A DNA stretch of 64,000 nucleotides from Bacillota bacterium (GTDB lineage Bacteria > Bacillota_I > Bacilli_A > RFN20 > CAG-288): contig DAISOU010000004.1 of NCBI GenBank assembly GCA_036830315.1, positions 30,357 to 94,356 on the forward strand, in the 5' to 3' direction. Below are positions 1-9,947 of the stretch, piece after piece. The notes under the pieces were generated by a model that was given only the letters and a program-made list of their open reading frames with translations, searched no databases and was not told the origin of the DNA. Numbering within the stretch: the stretch's first letter is position 1; each line of letters begins with the position of its first letter. Both the position numbers and the translations under genes were made by a program.

Positions 1-2332
1 CTTTTATGATGCTCTTGAAAGTACTGATGAAGTCACTTAATCCGATTCCGTTTTGCTCCTGAGAGGAGACAATCTGTTTCAGGGCTTCAATCTTGGAGAT
101 GCTGTCATCGACATTTCCTAACTTGTAGAGATTCTCGATGACGGGGAAGGAAACAAGGAGGTTTTGGAATATTTCACTGAATGAAGATGTGTAATTTTCT
201 TTGCAGAAAGTATCCAGAGTAAGGAAAATCTGGTCTTCTTTTATCAGTCTCAAGTCATCTCTTTGATGGTTTGAGTCAGTATCTGGGTCTCGATAGGAAA
301 TAAGTTTATAGATTTTTTCATCATCGTATTCGTAAAGGTAGCTTCTGGCTACGGAGGCAAAGAGATGTTTGGCATCTTCCTGGCTTTTGTTCATTCTGAA
401 ACTGATGAGTTTTAAGAGAGACTGAATGACGACGATGATATCGTTGCTTACCAAGTTGTCGACATTGGTCATATTCAGTTTGACGTTGTTCTCATTGAAT
501 AGTTTCTGATAAAGTGAAAAGTCCTTCTTCACTCTGAGAAGAATGGCGAAATCTCCGTATCGGCATTTTCTTAATCCACCTATATCTCGGTCATAAACCA
601 TAAAACCATCTTTAATCTTTGTTTGAATGTCAGATAGTATGGCTTTAGCATCGTAAAGGACTTCGTCTTTGTTTACACGATGTGATTTTTTGATATCGCC
701 TTCAAATTCGGATTCTCGGTCTTTTATTCTAAAGATTCCAAAATCATCATAGGGTTCGTGATAGAGATTGACTTTTTCATCGTACTGAAGCTCTTCGATG
801 GGATCCTTATAGTCGATGCCACCGTGATTAAGACGCATATATTTTTTGAAGATATAGTTGATGTCATTTAATAGATTTTTCCCGGAACGGTAGTTCTTGT
901 TCATCGGGATGACTTTGTGTCCCTGACCTGAATGGTATTCTCTCTGTCTGTTTCGGAAGAGTTCTACCTTGGAATTGTTGAAGCGGTAGATTGACTGCTT
1001 GGCATCACCGACACAGAAAAGATGAGTCCTTTCTCCGTTTTCCTTAGGAAGAAGAAGGCTGTTGATAAGAAGTTCCTGTCCGTCATTTGTATCCTGGTAT
1101 TCGTCAACCATGATGTAATTGAAACGCTCTCTTACTTCTTTGGCGACATCAGCGTACTGTTCATCAGTGAAAAGCGACAGAGCCATAGTGGAAATGTCGC
1201 TGAAAGAATAAGAATTCGTTTCTTTTTCGTAATCGTTCAATCGCGACTCTGTTTTTAGAGCCAATTCTAAAAGCAGATGAATATCGTCCTTGTAGAAATC
1301 GAGTTTACTGAATTCCTGTTCCTTGGTTCCGATATCGGCCAGGTTCTTGAGAACTCCGTCTTTGTTGCCGCAGATTGTGGTGAGTGCTTTGTAGATGGCA
1401 GCGAGCCTTGTCTTTTCGTCCTCGTCTTCGTTTTTGATTCTAGTCTTTGTAATTTTTTCCTTAAAGGTCTTGCTCTCGCTGACAAACTCTTCATCGTCGA
1501 GATCGATGAGTTTCACTAGCATTTCATAGAGAGTCTGGATATGTTCGTCTTCGTCAAAAGAAAGGCCGTGATAGTCTTTATAGAAAGAAGATGGGCTTTT
1601 AAAGAAAGACTCCAGATTATTTAGTCTGTCTCCGTTAATTTCATTGATCTGTGAATAGTGTTCCTGTAAGAAATGAGCTTTGTATATCGCTACTATCAGA
1701 TTCGATCTGATCTCTTCACAGACTTGATGATAGATGTTGTCAGAAAAATCTCTTGATAAGTATTTTGAATCATAAGTACTGATAAATTCGTTTCTTTTTG
1801 GTGTTGACATCTTCTTAAGCTCACCAAGAAGAGATATTACTGAAGATTTGATAATATCGTCGTTTTTCATCGAGAACTTACTGATTGTCGAAAAGAGACG
1901 GCGATTGTTGTCTTGATCCTTATAGTATTCTTCAAAGAGGCCGTCGACGATCTCTCTTTCTTTGGCAAAGAGGACTGAATCATTGGCGATTGTGATATTG
2001 TCGGCTATGCCAAGTCTTTTGGCATAAGTGGAAACTAGATACTGTCTGAAGGAGTCGAAGGTCTGAATATGGCTCGAGAGGATTTTATCGGCGTTAGGAT
2101 CGTTTTCCTTAGCAAATCTTTTGATGATCCTGGTTTTCATCTCATGGGCGGCATTGTTAGTGAAAGTCAAAACTAAAATACTGGAAGGCGTCACTTCGCC
2201 TTTCTTGATGAGCTGATAGACGCGTTCGCTTAAAGTCTTGGTCTTTCCGCTTCCGGCACCGGCAGTTATCAGAATGTCGACATTGGAGGAAGTGTCGATA
2301 GCTTCTTGCTGTTCTTTGTTGAATGAGGCCAT
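1..2332 (-). CDS. addA: ATP-dependent helicase/nuclease subunit A (UvrD/PcrA-type SF1 helicase). N-terminal part only; the gene runs past the window start.
   Basis: Verified minus-strand start at 2330-2332, MASFNKEQQEAIDTSSNVDILITAGAGSGKT, with Walker A GAGSGKT. Open frame continues to coordinate 1. It sits 2 nt downstream of the addB-like gene. Confidence 0.7.
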   Translation of the reverse strand, partial: MASFNKEQQEAIDTSSNVDILITAGAGSGKTKTLSERVYQLIKKGEVTPSSILVLTFTNNAAHEMKTRIIKRFAKENDPNADKILSSHIQTFDSFRQYLVSTYAKRLGIADNITIANDSVLFAKEREIVDGLFEEYYKDQDNNRRLFSTISKFSMKNDDIIKSSVISLLGELKKMSTPKRNEFISTYDSKYLSRDFSDNIYHQVCEEIRSNLIVAIYKAHFLQEHYSQINEINGDRLNNLESFFKSPSSFYKDYHGLSFDEDEHIQTLYEMLVKLIDLDDEEFVSESKTFKEKITKTRIKNEDEDEKTRLAAIYKALTTICGNKDGVLKNLADIGTKEQEFSKLDFYKDDIHLLLELALKTESRLNDYEKETNSYSFSDISTMALSLFTDEQYADVAKEVRERFNYIMVDEYQDTNDGQELLINSLLLPKENGERTHLFCVGDAKQSIYRFNNSKVELFRNRQREYHSGQGHKVIPMNKNYRSGKNLLNDINYIFKKYMRLNHGGIDYKDPIEELQYDEKVNLYHEPYDDFGIFRIKDRESEFEGDIKKSHRVNKDEVLYDAKAILSDIQTKIKDGFMVYDRDIGGLRKCRYGDFAILLRVKKDFSLYQKLFNENNVKLNMTNVDNLVSNDIIVVIQSLLKLISFRMNKSQEDAKHLFASVARSYLYEYDDEKIYKLISYRDPDTDSNHQRDDLRLIKEDQIFLTLDTFCKENYTSSFSEIFQNLLVSFPVIENLYKLGNVDDSISKIEALKQIVSSQEQNGIGLSDFISTFKSIIK

Positions 2333-2334
2333 GA

Positions 2335-4758
2335 TCAGTTCTCCTTTGCTTTCGGATTGAAATGCTCGTCTATCTTGGAAACTGAGCTTCTGATATCACT
2401 CTCTTTGTGATAACAGATGTCGTTATATATGCAGGAAGAGCAGACAAGGTTGAGTTTTGTCGGTTTCTGAGAGGGGATAAAACTTGTGGGACTGATTGGA
2501 AATTTGGCAGCTTTGATACTTCTTATGTTTTCAAGGCAGGAATTGATGGCGTCATCGACTAAGTCTTTCAGGGTATAAGTGATCGATGATTTCTTCAGCC
2601 AGGCAAAAGCCTGTTCGGATCCCTTGAAGGAATTCTTTCCGCTGACATATTTGCTTTTAGGTTCTTTTTCTGTCTTTCCCTTTAACTCCAGGGTTTCATC
2701 TATCGAATGATAGAGACTGGTATCATAGGCAAGACATCCCGTTATCTTAGTATTCTCTAAAAGATTGTCTGTTGATTGAATAGACTTAGCTTTTGATCCA
2801 TAAGCATCTTTTGGAGTATTGAAGAATATTCTCTGTATGCCAAAACCTCCGAAAGAGGCATTGTCGACTAATTTCATTTTGTCTTCGCTGTTTTCAAAGG
2901 CGTAATAATAAAGGGGAAGCTGAACAGAAGAACCGGCGCATACTGATTTGATATCGAATTGTTCCTTGCCGGTCTTATAGTCGATGAGATAGTAGTATTT
3001 TCTGCTGTCATAGTCCTGAGTCTCGACGATCTTGTCGATTCTTCCCGTAAAATGATAAGTGCAGTCCCCGTCTTTGATATCCCAGGTTATCTTCTGTTCG
3101 GAATAGTCTTTGATGATATGGGAATTATCTTTCCAGGTGTTAGTGACTGACAATATTCTTCTTAGCCACATATAGACTAAAGAAAGAGTGAGTTGTTCTT
3201 TTCCATTATCAGGAATGTTGTATTTCTTTATCTCGTCTAAGTAGAAAGCCTTTCTGTATTCAAAGCTTTTATCGAAATCGAAATCTTTATGATAGGCTTC
3301 TTCCATAATTCCATGGATCAGATTGCCTAAAATAATCGGGTGATAATCAGTTTCTGTTTTAGGAAGAGTCTCTTCAAGATAAAACTTGAAGGGACAGCAG
3401 ACATAGGACTTTAAAGCAGATACGCTCCAGACGTCTTTTCTTTTGCTTATATAAGTCTTGAGTCCTTTGAAAGAATGATCGTAGGTTCTTACTTCACCAT
3501 CGGAGAAGAGCCAGAAATTTCGGTCATATTGGTCGCAGACAAAGAGTTTCTTTGAGCGGTCGGTGTAAACACCGTTTCTGTTGATGGGATTTCTGACAAG
3601 CTTCTTCAGTTTATCGTCTTCTCCTTCGATAAACTGGGAGAGATAGATGTGATCAGCCTGGTGCTGTTCCACAAATGAAAGAAGAAGGATGTGATTATAA
3701 AGAAGATAATTGAGTTTTTTCCTCTTCTCGAGTTTAGTCTGGACATAACTGGTATTGGCACCGCATTTTTCCAGTTGCTCATCGGAGAGGATATTGTTGT
3801 CTTTATAGACCTTATAGAAGACATCGTAATGGAAATCAGTGACATAGATAATTGAATTCTGATTCATGGAAAAAGAATCAGTGACAGTGATTCCTTTATC
3901 TCCAAGACTCTTGGAATTGTTGTTTCCTTTTACGATTTCGAGCAAATCGGCATAGGCCTTATCAAAGTCGATAGTTTCAAGTTCATAGTAATCGATGACT
4001 CTTTTAAGTTCTTTCAGAGAGTCATCTTCAAGTTCTTTCTCAGTAAAGGAGAGACTTCTCTCCTGATGGATCTGTTTGATTTTTTCAGCCAAAGTCCTAT
4101 TGCTTAAAAATGGCTTTTTGTAGATGGCATAGGAAGGAACATTAAACAAAGAGCTTGCAGCATTGACGTAGAAAAGATCGTCATCGCCTTTGATGAGAAC
4201 CTTGATTTTGTCTTTTTCATCTGGATTATCGAGAAGTCTTCTTCGGATATCGGAATAGATATAGGTAAACTGCTGATATTTGTCCTTGAAGGGGATTATG
4301 TCGAGATCTAAGACATCATCATTTACTTTCTCAATGCCTAAGTCCTGGAAAGAAAGTTCCTTGAAGCTGATCTTTTTTCGCAAAAGAAGACTGCGAACTT
4401 CAAAGTCTTCCGGCATTTCAAAAAGAAAGAGATCACAGGAGTCTAATTCATATCTTCCTAATTCATCTTCCTGAAGATAGTCCTCTTTAAGTAATCCATA
4501 TAACTCTAAAAGAGTCTTATTCTTATAGAAGTCAGCCACTCTTAAAAGTTTCATCCACTTCTTTGCGGATGAATAATCCATGTCTTTTCTTTTGAGAAGA
4601 AGAGGAAGAGGGTCATTTTTATAAGTGAAGGAAGAAAGATCAAGGAGTTCTTCTTTTGTGATGATCTTTATACGCAATTCCGGATGAGCGTTTTTATAGC
4701 GGAAAAGAAGAGGAAAATAATCGCGGTCAGCTACCCAGATGCTTTTGCTGTTTTTCAC
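2335..4758 (-). CDS. addB: AddB/RexB-like helicase-nuclease subunit B, short form (807 aa). It has an iron-sulfur staple-type nuclease domain.
   Basis: The C-terminus has a Cys before the nuclease core (SVCAGSS) and then C-x2-C-x5-C (CSSCIYNDICYHKE), as in B. subtilis AddB. It lies directly upstream of addA on the same strand. The N-terminus has no Walker A. The start is GTG. Confidence 0.6.
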   Translation of the reverse strand: MKNSKSIWVADRDYFPLLFRYKNAHPELRIKIITKEELLDLSSFTYKNDPLPLLLKRKDMDYSSAKKWMKLLRVADFYKNKTLLELYGLLKEDYLQEDELGRYELDSCDLFLFEMPEDFEVRSLLLRKKISFKELSFQDLGIEKVNDDVLDLDIIPFKDKYQQFTYIYSDIRRRLLDNPDEKDKIKVLIKGDDDLFYVNAASSLFNVPSYAIYKKPFLSNRTLAEKIKQIHQERSLSFTEKELEDDSLKELKRVIDYYELETIDFDKAYADLLEIVKGNNNSKSLGDKGITVTDSFSMNQNSIIYVTDFHYDVFYKVYKDNNILSDEQLEKCGANTSYVQTKLEKRKKLNYLLYNHILLLSFVEQHQADHIYLSQFIEGEDDKLKKLVRNPINRNGVYTDRSKKLFVCDQYDRNFWLFSDGEVRTYDHSFKGLKTYISKRKDVWSVSALKSYVCCPFKFYLEETLPKTETDYHPIILGNLIHGIMEEAYHKDFDFDKSFEYRKAFYLDEIKKYNIPDNGKEQLTLSLVYMWLRRILSVTNTWKDNSHIIKDYSEQKITWDIKDGDCTYHFTGRIDKIVETQDYDSRKYYYLIDYKTGKEQFDIKSVCAGSSVQLPLYYYAFENSEDKMKLVDNASFGGFGIQRIFFNTPKDAYGSKAKSIQSTDNLLENTKITGCLAYDTSLYHSIDETLELKGKTEKEPKSKYVSGKNSFKGSEQAFAWLKKSSITYTLKDLVDDAINSCLENIRSIKAAKFPISPTSFIPSQKPTKLNLVCSSCIYNDICYHKESDIRSSVSKIDEHFNPKAKEN

Positions 4759-4792
4759 AGCTTTAGTTTATCACTTCCAGAGCCTGTTTATC

Positions 4793-4823
4793 GATAGAAA
4801 AGGCCGCTTTTTACAAGCGGCCT
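4793..4823 (-). terminator. Rho-independent terminator after the 235-aa membrane protein gene.
   Basis: 9-bp stem aggccgctt / aagcggcct, followed on the minus strand by a short U-run. Confidence 0.55.
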
Positions 4824-4832
4824 GCAGGTGGT

Positions 4833-5540
4833 TTACTTTTCTTCTTTTTCTTTGGACTTGGAGTCCTTGATATCTTCCTCAAGGGCCTTGATATTGTTGA
4901 CGGGAAGATAGTCTTTTGGTTTTTTGAAGACGACTTCTTTGATTCTGGCTCGGAATTTCTCTGTTTTGACTGCCATTTCAGCTCGGTCGATGAAGTAGAT
5001 TGACACTGATTCCCAGACAAAGACCCAGGCTGCGATATCCATGATTTCGCTGAAGACATTGATCAGAAGCTTATTGGTTCCTGTTCCTTCGATGAAATAG
5101 TTGAAGAGGATATTTGATATCAGGAACAGAATACCGATGATGAGAAGAGCGATAGCGCTTCTCTTTTTCTTCTGTAGGCCAATCCTATTGTTGAAATAGT
5201 GAATGTTCATGTTGTCTTCCAAGATCTGATTGGCATCTTCGATAGTATAGCCGTCATAATCTTTAATATTGAAGATGATATTGACATCGTAGACTAGAGG
5301 AATAAGCTGGACGATTCCCCGGAGTTTTTCTTTGAAATCAGTAGTAAAGAACCTCGCTTTTCCGTTTCCCAGATTCTGGTCGAGGAAATCTTCGAAGTGA
5401 TCATAGTGGAATTCGATAGTGGCTACGCCTTTGTCATTGTCGAGAATAAAGTACTTGCCGAGTATCTCATTCTGCTGGGAGAAGACCTTTTTGCCTAATA
5501 CCTTCAGCTTATTCTTTTTGTCCGGTGCTTCAAGTTTCAT
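4833..5540 (-). CDS. Hypothetical membrane protein with a ~125 aa cytoplasmic N-domain and two TM helices.
   Basis: 235-aa ORF with the hydrophobic stretch AIALLIIGILFLISNILFNYFI. Same strand as the ABC exporter pair and 30 nt downstream of it. Confidence 0.5.
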   Translation of the reverse strand: MKLEAPDKKNKLKVLGKKVFSQQNEILGKYFILDNDKGVATIEFHYDHFEDFLDQNLGNGKARFFTTDFKEKLRGIVQLIPLVYDVNIIFNIKDYDGYTIEDANQILEDNMNIHYFNNRIGLQKKKRSAIALLIIGILFLISNILFNYFIEGTGTNKLLINVFSEIMDIAAWVFVWESVSIYFIDRAEMAVKTEKFRARIKEVVFKKPKDYLPVNNIKALEEDIKDSKSKEKEEK

Positions 5541-5569
5541 AACAATGCTTCTTTCTTTATACCAATATA

Positions 5570-7405
5570 TTAAGCTAATTCGGTTTTGCCTGTATAGAGG
5601 TCATAGTAAGGACCTTTGTTTTTCAAAAGCTCTTCCTGTCTTCCCCGTTCAATGATATTTCCATTGTCGAGCACGATTATTTCGTCAGCATCGCGGATGG
5701 TGCTTAAGCGGTGGGCGATGATGATGACAGTTCTTTCTTTCATCAGTTTATTCAGTCCTTCATGGATGAGTTCTTCGCTTCTGGTGTCGATGTTGGATGT
5801 AGCTTCATCCAATATCAAAACCGGAGGCTGATTGAGAGTGGCACGAGTCAATCCCAAAAGCTGTCTCTGTCCTTCTGATAAGTTTGAGCCGTCATCAAAA
5901 AGCATAGTTGAATAACCGCGGGGCATTCTCTTGATGAAGCTGTCTGAGCAGCTGTTGACTGATGCTTCTTCGATTTCTTGCTGAGAAGAATGACGCCTGA
6001 CATAACGGATATTGTCTTCGATAGTTCCTGTGAACAGATGAGTATCCTGAGTAACCATCGACAAAGCTCTTCTGAGAGAATCTAATTTGATATCTTCAAT
6101 ATTGATTCCGTCATAGGTGATACGACCAGAATCAAGAGGATAGAATCTGGCGAGAAGGGAGATAATAGTTGTTTTTCCGGCTCCAGTCGATCCGACAAAT
6201 GCGACCTTTTGACCTGGATATGCCTCAAAGGAGACATTCTTCAATATTGGATGACCTTTACTATAGCTGAAACAGACATTTTCAAACTTGATTACGCCAG
6301 CTAACGGCACTTCTTTAAGAGAACCATCCTTATTTTTAAAGCTCCAGACGTATCTGTCTTTGAAGGTCTTGTCTTCATTCTTCCTGAGAAGCTGAACCTG
6401 TCCGTTATCTTCTTCGTTCTTCTCATCGAGGAAGGAGAATATTCGTTCAGCACCGGCTAAGCCTGAGAGGATGTTGTTGATATGCATAGTCAGGTAGTTG
6501 AAAGGCTGACAGGCGGTTCTCACAAAGACTAAGTAGGAAGAAAGTCCGCCGATACCAGAAGACAATAATCCATTGGCTAAAAAGAGACAGCCGACTATCG
6601 AGGAGACGGCAAAATTGAAGTAGCTCAGGGAGACATTCACCGGTATGGCAAGCTGAGTGTGGAAGAAGGCTTCCTGGCTGGCTTTCCGCCACTGGTCATT
6701 GGCTTTGTCAAAAGCCTGAAGACTTTCTTCTTCGTGGTTGAAGGCTTTCATGACCTTGATGCCGGCGATATCTTCTTCGACTCTGGAGTTGACATCGGAA
6801 AGACAGTCCTGCTGGGCCTTGAAATACTTTCTGGCTGCCCGGGAATTTAAGAACATGAAGAGGAACATCAGTATCAGGAAGAAAATGACTATCAGGGATA
6901 GATAGACGTTGATGAGGAAGAGACAGACTATGGTACCGAAAAGTTTTGTGATAGTCAGAAAGATATTGGCCAGTGATTCGTTTAGCATGATGACTAGCGT
7001 GTCAACATCATTGGTGAAGAAGGTCATTATCGAACCATGAGTGTGGCGGTCAAAATAGGAAATGGGAAGAGACTCCAGCTTATCGATGAGTTCCTGTCTG
7101 ATTCTGAAGATCACCTTCTGAGTCAACCTGACCATCAGCTGAGAATAGATGATGCAGGCAATGATCCCTACAGAATAGATGATTCCGATATTTATACAGA
7201 GAGAGGCTAGGTTCTTTCCGTTGTTATAGGCTAAATCGTTGATGACATCTTTCGACATGTAGTTTCCGATGATCGAGGCTAAGCCGACATAGACGGCTAA
7301 GACCATCACCAAGAGGAAAAAGGCTCTCTGTCCTTGGAAGAAGGACCAGAGTCTTTTGACAGTCGGGAGCATTTTTTTTGGTCTGGATGCGTTTAATGAT
7401 TTCAT
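5570..7405 (-). CDS. ABC transporter ATP-binding/permease protein (type B exporter, half-transporter).
   Basis: N-terminal 6-TM domain. Walker A GSTGAGKTT, ABC signature LSEGQRQLLGL, Walker B ILILDEATS. Confidence 0.9.
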   Translation of the reverse strand: MKSLNASRPKKMLPTVKRLWSFFQGQRAFFLLVMVLAVYVGLASIIGNYMSKDVINDLAYNNGKNLASLCINIGIIYSVGIIACIIYSQLMVRLTQKVIFRIRQELIDKLESLPISYFDRHTHGSIMTFFTNDVDTLVIMLNESLANIFLTITKLFGTIVCLFLINVYLSLIVIFFLILMFLFMFLNSRAARKYFKAQQDCLSDVNSRVEEDIAGIKVMKAFNHEEESLQAFDKANDQWRKASQEAFFHTQLAIPVNVSLSYFNFAVSSIVGCLFLANGLLSSGIGGLSSYLVFVRTACQPFNYLTMHINNILSGLAGAERIFSFLDEKNEEDNGQVQLLRKNEDKTFKDRYVWSFKNKDGSLKEVPLAGVIKFENVCFSYSKGHPILKNVSFEAYPGQKVAFVGSTGAGKTTIISLLARFYPLDSGRITYDGINIEDIKLDSLRRALSMVTQDTHLFTGTIEDNIRYVRRHSSQQEIEEASVNSCSDSFIKRMPRGYSTMLFDDGSNLSEGQRQLLGLTRATLNQPPVLILDEATSNIDTRSEELIHEGLNKLMKERTVIIIAHRLSTIRDADEIIVLDNGNIIERGRQEELLKNKGPYYDLYTGKTELA

Positions 7406-9177
7406 GCTTTCATCCCCTCGGTCTGGATCTTATAGATAGACTGATAGATATCGTCTATCTCTTTCAGTTCTTCGCTTGTTCCGATATTGTGGATCTTTCC
7501 GTCATTTAAAACGATGATCTTGTCCGCATTTTCAATAGTCGAAACTTTCTGGGAGATGATTATCTTTGTCATATGGGGAAGACGTGTCTTGAGATTGGAT
7601 TTAACTTCTTCCTCTGTGATTCTGTCTAAGGCAGAGAAGGAATCATCGAGTATCAGGATTTTCGGATTTTTGAGGATGGCTCTGGCTATGCAGATTCTCT
7701 GTCTCTGACCGCCGGAGATATTGCTTCCTGTCTGACCTAATTCAGTTTGGAAACCTAAAGGCAGTTTATCGACGATGAAAGAATAACAGCCTGCTATCTT
7801 GCAGCTTTCCTCAATCTGCTCTTTAGTGGCTTCTTTGTTTCCCCAGCAGAGATTGTCTTCGATAGTCCCTGAGAAGAGACGGGGATTCTGGAAGGAGATG
7901 GCGATATTTGATCTCAGTTCTTTTAGCGAATAGTCTTTGATGTTCTTTCCGTCGATGAGTATTTCACCTTCTGAGGCATCATAGAATCTTTCAATCAGGC
8001 TGATTAAGGTGGTTTTCGAACTTCCAGTCTGTCCTAAAATACCGACAAAATCGCCATCGGAGATATCAAAGCTTATATGACTGAGGACATTCTCCTTGGC
8101 TGTCTCTTTGTATTTGAATGAGACATCTTTGAAGGATATCGAACCGGAAGTTATTTTTTCCTTGGAGTCCTTGTTGTCTTTGATTTCATTTTCGGAGCTG
8201 AACACCTGTTTGATTCTATAGGCGCTGGCCTGAGATCTGGTGAAAGTCATGAAGACATTGGATAACATATTCAAAGAGGCCAATACCTGCATGACATAGC
8301 TCAAGTAGGCGGTGATGTTGTTGATGAGCTTACCGGTGGTGTCAGCTAGGGAAAGTTTTCCTCCGACATAGAGAACACCGATAAGGCAGGCATAAGTCAT
8401 CAAGTCCATCGCTGCCATATTCCAGGCGCTGACAGAAAAAGATTTTATTCCTATGTCGTTTACTTCTTTGTTCACCTTTGTGAACTTGGAGATCTCATAA
8501 TCCTTTTTGGCGTTGGCTTTGACTAATTTGATGGCGACTAAACTTTCCTGAGTGGTTCTATTGACGTTATCAAGAGCATCCTGGACTCTGATGAAAAGAG
8601 GCTTGGCCTTGATGATGATGAGAACTAAGAGGAGAGCGAGAACTGGAAGAACAATGGCGAATACTAAGGACAGGTCTTTTGACATCAAGACGGCAAAGAC
8701 GAGGGAAAAGGCTAATTGAATAGGTGCTCTTAAGATAGCTCTCAAGGTCTGACAGAAGGCATCGGAGACAATCTGAACATCGTTTGTGATTCTGGTCACC
8801 AGGGAATTGAGGCGGAATTCATCCATGTTGCTGAAAGAGAATTCTTGAATCTTCTTATATTCGGCTTTTCTTAGTTCATATCCTAATCCTCTTCCGGCTA
8901 TGGCCGTGAATTTGGCAGTGATTATTCCTAAGAATATGGAAACTAAGGCAAAAGCCATCATTATTCCGCCTATCATCAGGATATAATCCATATTAAGCGT
9001 ATAGGAGATGATTTGATTCTGTTCGTTCAATACGGGGTTCATTCCATAGTCGAGAAGTTCTTTCATCAAAAAAGGAATGCTTATTTCCAAAGCACATTCG
9101 ACAATGATGGTAATACAGGCAATAATGAAGAATTTCCTATAAGGCTTCAAAAACCTGAGCAGTGAATTTTTAAACAT
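7402..9177 (-). CDS. ABC transporter ATP-binding/permease protein, the heterodimeric partner.
   Basis: GQTGSSKTT Walker A, LSGGQRQRICIARA signature, ILILDDSFSALD. Overlaps the downstream partner by 4 nt. Confidence 0.9.
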   Translation of the reverse strand: MFKNSLLRFLKPYRKFFIIACITIIVECALEISIPFLMKELLDYGMNPVLNEQNQIISYTLNMDYILMIGGIMMAFALVSIFLGIITAKFTAIAGRGLGYELRKAEYKKIQEFSFSNMDEFRLNSLVTRITNDVQIVSDAFCQTLRAILRAPIQLAFSLVFAVLMSKDLSLVFAIVLPVLALLLVLIIIKAKPLFIRVQDALDNVNRTTQESLVAIKLVKANAKKDYEISKFTKVNKEVNDIGIKSFSVSAWNMAAMDLMTYACLIGVLYVGGKLSLADTTGKLINNITAYLSYVMQVLASLNMLSNVFMTFTRSQASAYRIKQVFSSENEIKDNKDSKEKITSGSISFKDVSFKYKETAKENVLSHISFDISDGDFVGILGQTGSSKTTLISLIERFYDASEGEILIDGKNIKDYSLKELRSNIAISFQNPRLFSGTIEDNLCWGNKEATKEQIEESCKIAGCYSFIVDKLPLGFQTELGQTGSNISGGQRQRICIARAILKNPKILILDDSFSALDRITEEEVKSNLKTRLPHMTKIIISQKVSTIENADKIIVLNDGKIHNIGTSEELKEIDDIYQSIYKIQTEGMKA

Positions 9178-9257
9178 AGACAGTCGCTTTCTTAATATAC
9201 TCCTTATTGATGTCTTTTACTTTAATAGAATAGCTAAAAAATATGTGAGCGTTTATT

Positions 9258-9286
9258 TTGCAACAGATTTTATCTTTGCTATACTA
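9258..9286 (+). promoter_or_regulatory. Sigma-A-type promoter for rubrerythrin.
   Basis: TTGCAA, 16-17 nt spacer, TATACT. A strong RBS AAGGAGA lies 8 nt before the ATG at 9307. Confidence 0.5.
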
Positions 9287-9306
9287 TTTGCAAGGAGAAA
9301 TACCTA

Positions 9307-9861
9307 ATGAAAGAATTAAAAGGTACTAAGACTGAAGCTAATTTGCTTGCTGCTTTTGCCGGTGAGAGTCAGGCCCACACCAAATATCGTTACTATTCCG
9401 AAGTCGCTAACAAGGAAGGCCACAAGGAGTTTTCTGAACTCTTCATGGAGACTGCCAAGAATGAATCTGAACACGCTGAACTCTGGTTCAAGTATCTTCA
9501 TGGCGGAAGTATTCCCACCACTGAAGTGAACATCGATGATGCCGCCAATGGCGAACATTACGAATGCACCGAGATGTATCCTACTTTCGCAAAGATTGCC
9601 CGTGAAGAAGGATTCCCGGAAATCGCTGCCAAGTTCGAGATGGTCGGCAAGATCGAATCTCGTCATGAAGCCCGTTATCAGTCAATGCTCAATGAGCTCA
9701 AGACCGACAAGGCTGTCATCAAGGAAGGCTTAGTCGTTGTCTGGAAGTGCCAGGTCTGTGGTCACATCCATGTCGGACCCGTCGCTTTAAAGGTCTGCCC
9801 TGTCTGCGGACATAAGAACTCCTTCTTACCTGAAGTCCTCAACTACGATTGGAAAGCCTAA
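9307..9861 (+). CDS. rbr: Rubrerythrin (ferritin-like diiron domain plus C-terminal rubredoxin-like CxxC...CxxC).
   Basis: EAxxH-type diiron ligand spacing and a C-terminal CQVCGH...CPVCGH motif. Confidence 0.9.
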   Translation: MKELKGTKTEANLLAAFAGESQAHTKYRYYSEVANKEGHKEFSELFMETAKNESEHAELWFKYLHGGSIPTTEVNIDDAANGEHYECTEMYPTFAKIAREEGFPEIAAKFEMVGKIESRHEARYQSMLNELKTDKAVIKEGLVVVWKCQVCGHIHVGPVALKVCPVCGHKNSFLPEVLNYDWKA

Positions 9862-9876
9862 GTTAGACTGACAAAA

Positions 9877-9926
9877 TAAAACTGCTGCTCTCTACTTGAA
9901 AAAGTAAGATGGCAGCAGTTTTTTAT
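9877..9926. terminator. Bidirectional rho-independent terminator between rbr (+) and the 321-aa membrane protein gene (-).
   Basis: 8-bp stem actgctgc / gcagcagt followed by TTTTTTATT. An A-run sits on the other side. Confidence 0.6.
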
Positions 9927-9947
9927 TGCTTAAAATCGAATTATTAC

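Noticed and set aside
9255-9300. PerR/Fur/Rex operator at the rubrerythrin promoter (two palindromic TTGCAA hexamers flank the -10).
   Set aside because: TTGCAA doubles as the -35 itself. There is no 7-1-7 Fur/PerR-type or TTGTGA…TCACAA Rex-type consensus, so a specific operator call is unsupported.
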